Shown: piece after piece, positions 56,701 to 64,000 of the stretch
How positions within the stretch are numbered: the first letter of the stretch is position 1
Layout of the letters: each line of letters opens with the position of its first letter
Origin: a virus
Lineage: Duplodnaviria; Caudoviricetes
Length of the DNA stretch: 64,000 nucleotides
Reading direction: 5' to 3' (one strand)
Virus record (IMG/VR): IMGVR_UViG_3300033463_000029
Span: 32,001-96,000 of that record
Notes under the pieces: model-generated
Database searches by the model: none
The model's input: the letters and a program-made list of their open reading frames with translations, nothing else
Told to the model about the DNA's origin: nothing
Position numbers and translations under genes: made by a program

Positions 56701-57305
56701 ATGCATACAAGTAACAGTGCGCTTGCCGCAAGCGCAGCTTTTGTCATAGTATATATACCTTCAGTGAGAGACTTTATTCCCTTTGTGTCTATCTTCATTG
56801 CAGATAAAAGCTTCATAGCCAGTCCAGCCGCCGCAAAGAATGGTATCGTCAGAAGCATTCCAAGCGTAGCTATTGGAGCCAATAAAACCAGCGGTGCTGC
56901 CTTTTTAACGGCTGACGTCATTTTAAGGATAGCTTCGTTGACGTTGTTTAGAGTTTTTATCTTGTCTGATTTAAACTCATATTTAAGAATCTTATGAAAA
57001 GCCTCATAGAACGAAATCATGACATTCTCAAAATTCTTCATCACTTTTCCGCTTAACCCAGCAACAGCCTTAACAGCAACAGGCAACCCCCCAAGGACAG
57101 AAATCATCTGTTTTATTTCGCCAAGACCGAGTCCACCAGCTTTCGCGTCAGTCGCCTTTGGCGCACTGTCGCCCGCAACACTTCCGCGAGAAAGTTTTGC
57201 AGTAGAATCAGCATCACCACCAGCGCCGTTTTTACCACCCATATTCTTTGCGATTATGGAGACACTTTTGTTAATGCTGGCTAATATATCTAGAGAATTT
57301 ATCAT
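53739..57305 (-). CDS. Probable tape measure protein
   Basis: 1188 aa, helical, many hydrophobic repeats, between tube and baseplate genes. Confidence 0.7.
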   Translation of the reverse strand: MINSLDILASINKSVSIIAKNMGGKNGAGGDADSTAKLSRGSVAGDSAPKATDAKAGGLGLGEIKQMISVLGGLPVAVKAVAGLSGKVMKNFENVMISFYEAFHKILKYEFKSDKIKTLNNVNEAILKMTSAVKKAAPLVLLAPIATLGMLLTIPFFAAAGLAMKLLSAMKIDTKGIKSLTEGIYTMTKAALAASALLLVCIGIGVLIQKIGTKPLLYGLAVLGATMLLLVGIILITGLAAKVVKGLGAMDGLKDIMIFTLATMGLVILAATFGLIFAQGKWKDALWGGLLILGLTLITMVGIILIAGLASKIITSTDAFKSLGKIMLFTIFCFGLVIASAFLARFAKKNWKDISLGLAIVGGVMLALIGIAWVAGKLLGKAKKGIIALTIITALAFAVLGLVYATYKVSQAMKDPKVRKDMLITLAFAGGILVAFGALAVAAGALMSYILPGALALGVVIGFALLTLVFINGVVNLIKKREEAGITWKQMVIEVGGIALVATAFGALAAGFSLLLIPVLLALPVITIVVGFAFAVISIVNAVVNLKKKTDEAGGAGAIVDFIKNGISPILKSFNRKNLSLGIGMIEFFKLMGDIAKIKLLSFGILVAVDAISRIAEISDVVGDGVIRKVISRDKDGNVKYSDWVDPIAVGKTIVGTLSTFANEMSKGFEDVKLKNVAKAAIAMMIIGQIIDPISKFVEMLTAYESDGDGYLKRITFNEKGELIQYPSVDVVSVAQTIAGTVSLFVGTLFSEQNANEWAKILYGEGTSYQNWVEARRRRKGIKEMMGILGMVIEPITNFIDVMSNFVVDEDGVLHKLIEDEKEGVKPGPGIDFKKIGTHIAGAVTAFVSSLFDRSIVEGWSKLMYGDSTSIWDFSGRRAAARRSDAIEKMTGILGQVIEPVANFIDVMSSFTVDATGIHKVLYDGKGGWKTGPAIDFKKIGTDIATGVTSFVNALYARDYMESFNGNADSLKNVVGSFNEVIDFINSIAGEEGDITKATKNVNDFYTTISQFNKNLSTLTDKKATEAFNKAKTNINSTDTELKKVTDTFGNFDKTLYKDKQKRIDDINKLAEAFKKIKDNINGMSNDLSSLTNALREISKADVGKIGDVTDAVNRGRGGSGGGGGGRGLSSGDVVDAIQTALQGLKFETDAAGASFGWGRNNDPGSVVEAIKVLIQQLSNMDYTISKK

Positions 57306-57335
57306 TTCAAATAATACGGCGTTTCGCCTTTACTG

Positions 57336-57392
57336 TATTTATTTGAGTTGCACAGAAAACGACAAAACGGAAACCTTTCGATTTCCGTTTTG
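57336..57392 (-). promoter_or_regulatory. Terminator (57363-57392) followed by late promoter ATAAATA (57336-57342)
   Basis: CAAAACGGAAA / TTTCCGTTTTG plus motif. Confidence 0.65.
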
Positions 57393-57415
57393 GTTTTAAA
57401 TTGTTAAACTTAAGA

Positions 57416-58042
57416 TTAAAGCATTGATTCGTCCCAGTAATCGCATCTGAGCGTAAATCCCGTGACTTTATAGAGGTTTGTTTTGCTCTGATAGTTAAGT
57501 TCTGGAACAGGAAGGCTAGTTGTCGGGAAGACGTTGTAACAAATCCACTGCCAGAATGGTTGATGCTTCTTATCGTGCATTGTTATCGTCATTGAAGGAG
57601 CGACATACTCTGCCTTGATTCCCTGTCTGCCCGTAAGCGGATCCCAAATAAGGTCGTTCCATCTTCTGAGCATCTTAACTGTATACATATCAGGTGCACC
57701 TTCTTTAGATCCTCTAACATTAACCTCGAAGTCAAGCTGAATATCGATATAGGTCTGACCTGTACCGGAAGCTGCGAAGCTACGATCAGCCATCTTGTAG
57801 TGCTGCAATTCAGCAACACCTGGGTTTTTGTTAGTATCAAGACCACCAACACGCTGTACACCTTCCAATAGGAGCTGCTTATCTGATTCATTGTCGAGAA
57901 CAAGCTTCTCAGGAAGATCGATTTCGACTGTAAATAGATTCAAATATATTGGCTCCCAGAGCTCTCTGGAGACTCTCGATGTTCTGAAATGAGGGAGTCC
58001 CATTAAACCTACTGAAGTAATTCCTGTTGCATCTGCTGCCAT
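57416..58042 (-). CDS. Tail tube protein
   Basis: Follows sheath; LRRWNDLIWDPLTG, YNVFPT, CDYW. Confidence 0.85.
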   Translation of the reverse strand: MAADATGITSVGLMGLPHFRTSRVSRELWEPIYLNLFTVEIDLPEKLVLDNESDKQLLLEGVQRVGGLDTNKNPGVAELQHYKMADRSFAASGTGQTYIDIQLDFEVNVRGSKEGAPDMYTVKMLRRWNDLIWDPLTGRQGIKAEYVAPSMTITMHDKKHQPFWQWICYNVFPTTSLPVPELNYQSKTNLYKVTGFTLRCDYWDESML

Positions 58043-58066
58043 ATCTTTTTTCTATTACTTTTAAAT

Positions 58067-60583
58067 TTAAGCTGTTGTTGAACGATGTACGGTGATAGGA
58101 ACAATAATCTTCTCCATAAGCTGTGACATCCACACACCGATTTCGCAGATGCCGAACTTGTTGTCAATAACTTCCTTGTCATTGTTATATTCGTCGCATT
58201 CTACTTCGAATTTAACAAGAGCACCAGAATCCTGCATTGCCTGAAGGATAGGGTTAACCTTTCTTTCAATCTCTGCTCTCATCGTAGGAATATTGTATGA
58301 GAATACATAGTCGTCGAGAACACCTTTACATACAATCTGAATTGTATTGAGAAGCTCTCTGCAATGGAGATTGCTAAGGTCGGAATCAACCGTTTGATAT
58401 GCGGTCTTATCACCGAAAATCATCTTAACACCATCTCTGTCGATGATTGGATTGATGCCGAATTTCTCAAGATATCCTCTTTCTTCGTCATCGAAGTCAT
58501 ACTCAAGAGCGTCTATAGCAGGGTTGTCAAGAATACCGTTCTTATTAGCAATTGCCTTGTAAGGATCGCCACCATTGAACTTCTTCATGAACGCATTTGC
58601 AACATCAGCTGCCGGAGGAACAAGGAATCTACGATTTCCTTCACGATAGATAAGGAACGGTGAGAACACAGCTGCGTGTGTTGCGCCGTTATCCTCGCTA
58701 GGAAGGCTAAACATCTCAGTGCTTTCGTCGTAAATCATATCGGTGTTACCACCTTCTGGAATATACTTGACATTGAACTGAGGTCTTGCCTGCTCTGCCT
58801 TGTCGAACCAGTCATCACCAAAGAATGGAGCGTCACTTGATGCGAACTGTGTTATTGAAGGTGCGTTGATGATTGCTGTTGCGTGGAACTTAGCCTGACC
58901 AAGCTGTGAGAGGTATTTCTTACCACCGCAGTTTGCTCTAAGACCATAAGCCATTGTGTCAACAATGTATCTAAAGTCCATCTTATTGTTGTTAAGAAGT
59001 CCTCTTACGATACCCTCATCACCAACAGTATACTTGCCGTTTTCGTCTCTTTCTGTTGAAAGCATTGAGTAAATCTTCTCAACACCAGCTTCGTTGTTTA
59101 TTGCACCACTTGCATCGAATCCTGGCATATGTCTGCTGGAAATCTTAAGTCCCGCAAGATAGAAGAACTTGAGATTCTTTGTGATGTTTGCATAATCCTT
59201 GTGAACAGTAACCTTTCCGACAGGATCGCCTTGAGTTAAGCTGTACTCACCGTTTGTTGTGAATTTGAAATAACCGCTTGTTCCGCTTGATGCGTCCAAA
59301 GCAACACTAGAATCTATGCTTGCTAGACCCTGTTTCTTTATTATTCTTACACAACGACCATCCTTTCCTTCTACAAAGTCACCGACAGAAACTTTAGATG
59401 CCTTTGTGCTTGCGTCAATGACATCAGCGCTTGTGAGGGCGAATTCTGTACCAGAAATCTTTACTGCGCTGTAAGAAGCTATTGCTGCGCTTGCACCCTC
59501 AAATACATCAGAAAGGTGCCCTGTTGATGTTGCTTTGAGAGTTGTAGTTACAAAGTCAGGAAGATATTTTGCATCAACCTCTGATTCTCCACGCTCACCG
59601 TCACCATCGATGTCAAGATAATACTTCTTTGTGTTAACGTCGTAAGCAAGTGCTTCAAGAGCCTCTTCATTTATCGAAATCATAAGACCAGTCTCATTGC
59701 TGCTCTTGTTGATTAGATAATCGATGCTCTTGAGATTTCCCTGTGCATCGGTAAAGTTAGGAATAACGCTACCTGTCCAAGCACCAACAAGATTTACACC
59801 CTCGGCGTTTATGAATTTACCAAGCATCGCTTTCTTAAGACCGCTTGCATCGAAATATGCTGACCAATTCTTGTCTGTGCTTAGAACTGATGCATCGTCC
59901 CAGTTTCCTGAGAATGCGTAAACATCAAAGAAGTAATCACAAACATAATCGTTAGGATTTATCCAAGCATATGGGATGTTCTCCTTTGAACCATAATAAT
60001 CAAGGAATGAAAGCTTATAACCCTGAACATTCTCTGATTTTCTTACGATAACGGAAAGATCCTTTGTTCCGCAGTTTGCTATACCGAACAATGGAGCCTG
60101 TTCGAGAACTCCACTCGCGTCAACCTTTCTGAGAACATTCTGCTTGAAAGCGACATCATCTGCAATCCAGAAACGGGTTCTGTCGTACATATATGCAAAG
60201 TTAGCTTTTCCAGTAGAAGAATCTACAGAAGAGTCTGCGCTAAGCCAAGCATAACCGACCTTATCCTTGTTATCCGCCTTGTCAGACGTATCAACTTTAA
60301 GAAGGTTCATTACATAAACAGCATCCTTACGAAGCATCGTGCGGATTGATCTATTTGTAAAGCAACCACGTCTCTCAAGTTTACGATCGATTGGTCCGAA
60401 TAGTCTCGTGCAAGTGCCTGTATCTGAGAGCCAAACTGGTCTGTTGAATGGACCTCTCATATTAAAACCGACCGCTAAGCGGAGGGCATTTTGTGAAGAA
60501 GCTCCACTGATAACAGAATCGTCAATCTCAAGGAAATACACGCCAGATGCGCTATAATCTGAAAAATTTATTTTCTGAGACAT
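58067..60583 (-). CDS. Tail sheath protein
   Basis: SGVYFLEID, GPFNRP, VPPAADV, GINPI, FGDKT, ECDEYNN. Confidence 0.93.
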   Translation of the reverse strand: MSQKINFSDYSASGVYFLEIDDSVISGASSQNALRLAVGFNMRGPFNRPVWLSDTGTCTRLFGPIDRKLERRGCFTNRSIRTMLRKDAVYVMNLLKVDTSDKADNKDKVGYAWLSADSSVDSSTGKANFAYMYDRTRFWIADDVAFKQNVLRKVDASGVLEQAPLFGIANCGTKDLSVIVRKSENVQGYKLSFLDYYGSKENIPYAWINPNDYVCDYFFDVYAFSGNWDDASVLSTDKNWSAYFDASGLKKAMLGKFINAEGVNLVGAWTGSVIPNFTDAQGNLKSIDYLINKSSNETGLMISINEEALEALAYDVNTKKYYLDIDGDGERGESEVDAKYLPDFVTTTLKATSTGHLSDVFEGASAAIASYSAVKISGTEFALTSADVIDASTKASKVSVGDFVEGKDGRCVRIIKKQGLASIDSSVALDASSGTSGYFKFTTNGEYSLTQGDPVGKVTVHKDYANITKNLKFFYLAGLKISSRHMPGFDASGAINNEAGVEKIYSMLSTERDENGKYTVGDEGIVRGLLNNNKMDFRYIVDTMAYGLRANCGGKKYLSQLGQAKFHATAIINAPSITQFASSDAPFFGDDWFDKAEQARPQFNVKYIPEGGNTDMIYDESTEMFSLPSEDNGATHAAVFSPFLIYREGNRRFLVPPAADVANAFMKKFNGGDPYKAIANKNGILDNPAIDALEYDFDDEERGYLEKFGINPIIDRDGVKMIFGDKTAYQTVDSDLSNLHCRELLNTIQIVCKGVLDDYVFSYNIPTMRAEIERKVNPILQAMQDSGALVKFEVECDEYNNDKEVIDNKFGICEIGVWMSQLMEKIIVPITVHRSTTA

Positions 60584-60617
60584 ATTTTCTCTATCTTTAA
60601 TTTTAGTTTTCTTTTAT

Positions 60618-60680
60618 TATTTATCGTACCAAGAAAACATAAAAAATAAAAAACGCCGATACATTGTATCAGCGTTGTTT
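60618..60680 (-). promoter_or_regulatory. Terminator (60648-60680) followed by late promoter (60618-60624)
   Basis: AACGCCGATAC / GTATCAGCGTT hairpin and ATAAATA. Confidence 0.65.
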
Positions 60681-60696
60681 AGTGATTGTTATTTGA

Positions 60697-61620
60697 TTAT
60701 TCGTCTTCTGCGCCAAATAGGTCGCCAATGTTTTCATAATCGAAGGTTTCTGCATCATCGCCTTCTTTGTCTTTATCTTCATCACCTTCGCCTTCATCGT
60801 CACCATTACCCTCGTCGTCTGAATCCTCATCATCGTCAACGAGTTCGCCACCTATCTTTTCTTCAAGGTCTATGCCCTTCTTGTCGAGGTAATCCTTAAG
60901 TTCCATAACTGAATTTACATCAACAATGATTGTCGAATTCTCATCATCGTCTTCGCCTTCTTCGATTTCGATATCATCTTCAGCAACACCGGCGTCGATT
61001 AACTCTTCCTTACATTTCTCAGCATCTTCTTTGGCAACTGTAAGTTTGATTGCCTTCAATTCTGATTCCTCATCGTCGTCTGAGTCATCATCCTTAGAAT
61101 CATCATCTCCGTCACCATCACCGTCGCCATCGTCGCTTCCTTCTGAATCAGAGTCCTTACTGTCGTCATCTGATGAATCATCTGACTTTTCTTCATCATC
61201 GGACTTATCTTCATCATCGCTCTCGTATAGTTTACGGAATTTTGCGAAACGCTCAGATACCGATTCCACCGCTAGAGATTCTCCACCGTCGGCTTCTGCA
61301 TCTTCTGATGAAACTATTCTGATTTCCAAAACAGCTACGCCCGGAACATGAAGGAAATCCACCTCTGGATCACTATCAACGTCAAGATGACGCTTTATGT
61401 CAAAATAGTAATCATCCTGCAACGATTCGATTACATTGAAAACCATATTTGCACATTCTTCTTCTGAGAAGCATGTGTCAACACCATTTATAATCTGTTC
61501 TTTAATTTCTTCTGCCGCAGCCTCATCTTCAACAGATGTGGCAACAACCTCCACATGGTATTCTGTGCCTACAGATTCGTAAAGCTTTTGTGTCTTAAAG
61601 TTAAAATATTTTCTTGCCAT
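60697..61620 (-). CDS. Highly acidic late protein (scaffold/core-like)
   Basis: D/E tracts, KLYES twice, ATAAATA at 61643-61649. Confidence 0.7.
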   Translation of the reverse strand: MARKYFNFKTQKLYESVGTEYHVEVVATSVEDEAAAEEIKEQIINGVDTCFSEEECANMVFNVIESLQDDYYFDIKRHLDVDSDPEVDFLHVPGVAVLEIRIVSSEDAEADGGESLAVESVSERFAKFRKLYESDDEDKSDDEEKSDDSSDDDSKDSDSEGSDDGDGDGDGDDDSKDDDSDDDEESELKAIKLTVAKEDAEKCKEELIDAGVAEDDIEIEEGEDDDENSTIIVDVNSVMELKDYLDKKGIDLEEKIGGELVDDDEDSDDEGNGDDEGEGDEDKDKEGDDAETFDYENIGDLFGAEDE

Positions 61621-61658
61621 TATGAGAAAATTTTTCTTTTATTATTTATTTACGATTT

Positions 61659-62504
61659 TTAAAAGAAAAATCCAGATGCTTTATCGAGATATTTCTTCTC
61701 AGCATCAATCACTTTCTGTCCGTTGTTTTCAAGCTCTTTTCCGGTTAGCTCTCTAATAACGCCATCTTTATCTAAAATGAATGCGCGTCTTACATCCAAA
61801 CAATACAATTCATCGTTCATTCTTACCGGTTCGTCTTCCTGTTGAGTATGTCCAAAAACCTGAATGCAACCAGAAAGATGTTTTTGTTCAAACAGGTGCT
61901 CTCTGACATCACACCAAACTATACTCGACGCTGGCTCAGACCCCCATCTCCAGCAGGACACGTCATCAAGATAAGCAACGAGGCGCATCTGGTCCTTAAA
62001 AAGATTGAGTTTCCAGTCGTAATTCAAAATAAAATCTAAAGTTGGCTCCTCACCTTCGGGCAAACCGAGAAATTTCCCACGATATTTTATCCATTCTGGA
62101 TTTACTCCGGCGTGACTAAACAAATATGTCTTTCCGGCGACAACTTCTTTGTAAAAGAAATCGAACATATCCCAGTTATCCATAAAGAGAGCCTTTATCT
62201 CATCTGCTCTCCAACGATCATATCGTCCACCAGAACCAGTCTCGCCAATATAAGCCATATCGTGATTTCCTATAAGCAACACGATTCTGTCGTTGTATTT
62301 CTTTTTTAACTCTATTATTTCTTTGAAAACGTCTATAGACATTTTGCTTGTTATCCCCTCGTAGCCATAAGGATCCACGTAGTCTCCCAAAAACACAATT
62401 TTCTTGTCTGTGTTTTCTAAAACTTCAGTGACCGGCTTTTTCCAGAATATTCTACCGTGAACATCCGGAACTATAAGTATTTGTAAATTTTCTAAATCTT
62501 TCAT
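61659..62504 (-). CDS. Calcineurin-like metallophosphoesterase
   Basis: DVHG, GDYVD, GNHD, SHAG, GHT. Confidence 0.92.
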   Translation of the reverse strand: MKDLENLQILIVPDVHGRIFWKKPVTEVLENTDKKIVFLGDYVDPYGYEGITSKMSIDVFKEIIELKKKYNDRIVLLIGNHDMAYIGETGSGGRYDRWRADEIKALFMDNWDMFDFFYKEVVAGKTYLFSHAGVNPEWIKYRGKFLGLPEGEEPTLDFILNYDWKLNLFKDQMRLVAYLDDVSCWRWGSEPASSIVWCDVREHLFEQKHLSGCIQVFGHTQQEDEPVRMNDELYCLDVRRAFILDKDGVIRELTGKELENNGQKVIDAEKKYLDKASGFFF

Positions 62505-62505
62505 A

Positions 62506-62979
62506 TTAAAACAATTCTGTTTCTGTTAGTTCTTTTCCTTCGTCATTCAACAAAACTACCCCTGAGTGATCATGCTTTAATTCAAGCTCATTGCATTCAA
62601 TTCCGCATAACAGCTTTAACAGTTTTGCAAATATGTGTCTGTGGCAAAAGTCACCCGGCTTTTCATAACACATAAAAACAATGGCTTCATATTTATCCTG
62701 TTTTGCAAAGTCCACGACAGCATCAAGAAACGGAGGCAACGTATATTGTGTAAACTGAGATAGAATATGTTTCACATATCTTCTTTTGTATCCATCTTCG
62801 GTTTCTCGCCCAGCCTTAAAGTCATTCAATAAATCATACGGTGGAGCAAATCTACTGTACGGTTCACCTGAAACAAAGTTGTCTCTATCTATAAACGGAA
62901 CACTCCTGCTAATACCTATACAAAGGTAATTATCAGGAATCTCCCTCATTGCTCCATAATATGATGTATAGAATTTCAT
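62506..62979 (-). CDS. DUF488-like protein
   Basis: YTSYY, FAPP, MCYEKPGDFCHRH. Confidence 0.75.
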   Translation of the reverse strand: MKFYTSYYGAMREIPDNYLCIGISRSVPFIDRDNFVSGEPYSRFAPPYDLLNDFKAGRETEDGYKRRYVKHILSQFTQYTLPPFLDAVVDFAKQDKYEAIVFMCYEKPGDFCHRHIFAKLLKLLCGIECNELELKHDHSGVVLLNDEGKELTETELF

Positions 62980-64000
62980 TAGAACAAACTGACATTATAT
63001 GTCAAACTTGGAGGAACTTCATTATATCCGATTGCGCTTATAATTCTGTTGAGTGGAGAAAGCAGCATTTTGTCAAATTGAACATCAACATTAATCGGAG
63101 GTGCAAACTCAGCCGGAAAATCATCAGGAATGAATCCAAACACATCATCGTCATTTATATAATAAAACCTAACTTTATCGTTTGATTTTATTGTATCATA
63201 CTTGCTAAGATATTTCTTTCCTTTGTTGTACAATATGTTGTTGTACGTTGCGGCCGCTCTGACATGAATAGGAAGAGGAGCCTTCTTTCCATCAGCTGTA
63301 GTATTCTCAAAATATTGAACAACAGGTCCCTTATCATCTTTCACAAAGTTCTCATAATTCGAACAGTTGACAGTTTTCGATATGTCGTTCGGAGATTGCA
63401 TTGCAAACCTTTTCTTTATTTCTCTAAGAACCTGAACTATTTCTCCCATAGTCGGTTTCTTTCCATCGTTCAATTTCGACAATACAAACTCGGTGAAATA
63501 CTTCATCTCCTTTCTACAATAGTTTGTAACAGTACCTTTAACGACATCATATCCGGTATATGTTATATGAGAAAGAGGTTCATAATACATATTTGGATCC
63601 GCCCAAGCAACGTCGCAAATGTAGTTCTTTTTCGAGAGCATTATAATTGTTCTCGATATCTTTTCTAGTTCGAACTTTTCAAGATTCTTATCACAATTAA
63701 ACGCCTTTGCATATTCTTCGAACTTATCATCCAAGAATTTATCCAAAACGCAACGATGAACAGCAAGAGAAAACTCAGTCTGTTGCTCTTTAGGTATTCC
63801 GTACATACGAATAAGAGGCTCCATAGTAATGTATGCAGAATCAGTATCACCGTAGCACTGTAATGTGTCAAAGCTGAGTTGATTCGTTGATGCGATGCGA
63901 AGAAAAGACTCATCATCAAACTCCGCAAACCTCTCTTTCATATATGCGGCTATCTTTTTGTGCCCCTCTACATCTTTATGCCACTGTTCCTTGAAATACT
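62979..64000 (-). CDS. Family B DNA polymerase, C-terminal part (continues beyond window)
   Basis: YGDTDS, KKNY, PIHVRAA..YN; frame is open to window edge. Confidence 0.93.
   Translation of the reverse strand, partial: YFKEQWHKDVEGHKKIAAYMKERFAEFDDESFLRIASTNQLSFDTLQCYGDTDSAYITMEPLIRMYGIPKEQQTEFSLAVHRCVLDKFLDDKFEEYAKAFNCDKNLEKFELEKISRTIIMLSKKNYICDVAWADPNMYYEPLSHITYTGYDVVKGTVTNYCRKEMKYFTEFVLSKLNDGKKPTMGEIVQVLREIKKRFAMQSPNDISKTVNCSNYENFVKDDKGPVVQYFENTTADGKKAPLPIHVRAAATYNNILYNKGKKYLSKYDTIKSNDKVRFYYINDDDVFGFIPDDFPAEFAPPINVDVQFDKMLLSPLNRIISAIGYNEVPPSLTYNVSLF

Larger units (their letters stand above)
1..64000. mobile_element. Segment of a large T4-like contractile-tailed phage genome (probable jumbo phage of a Bacteroidota host)
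   Basis: TerL, sheath, tube, baseplate, PolB, clamp, clamp loader and primase, with dense small hypothetical genes and no intact host housekeeping operon. Confidence 0.93.

Noticed and set aside
1-64000. Stop-codon reassignment as in Lak or some crAss-like phages
   Set aside because: Core genes are intact in the standard code, and TAA, TGA and TAG all end tightly packed genes (TAG at 28094, 35772, 50861)
1-64000. tRNA genes, rRNA, DGR/retron, integrase or IS elements
   Set aside because: Intergenic gaps are short and explained by promoters, terminators or small ORFs; no cloverleaf, reverse transcriptase, recombinase or transposase motifs recognised by eye (tRNAscan not run)

Overview
The whole 64-kb window is a segment of a large AT-rich contractile-tailed (myovirus-type, probably jumbo) phage genome with T4-like replication and morphogenesis genes. 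The inferred host is a Bacteroidota bacterium, based on about 12 promoters matching the Bacteroidota -7 box TAnnTTTG (often with a -33 TTTG), DUF4494- and BT0820-like genes and a Bacteroidetes-style bS1 N-terminus. Positions 1-15 kb are a hyperplastic region of small minus-strand genes built from shuffled modules and bounded by a repeated 41-bp promoter/stem-loop cassette. Positions 15-30 kb hold three paralogous repeat proteins, an operon with YqeY, a Thg1-NUDIX fusion and a CofE-like ligase, two nucleases, an amidase and a HIGH-nucleotidyltransferase/ligase-fold fusion. Positions 30-64 kb hold DnaK, clamp loader subunits, a 5'-3' exonuclease, Gmk, ClpX, TerL, a gp25-like protein, PncA, an exonuclease, primase, a truncated ribosomal protein bS1, sliding clamp, baseplate wedge, tape measure, tail tube, tail sheath and the 3' part of a family B DNA polymerase. 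A second motif, ATAAATA (T4 late-promoter-like), precedes structural genes and every plus-strand unit. The best candidates for undescribed biology are (i) a translation-takeover arrangement in which six genes start exactly 4 nt after either promoter box (predicted leaderless mRNAs) alongside a three-domain bS1 mimic, (ii) a putative tRNA/RNA 5'-end repair operon, (iii) promoter-inside-hairpin cassettes and (iv) D-[AS]-S motif enrichment in the tail sheath. All protein assignments come from motif recognition by eye; no database search was run.
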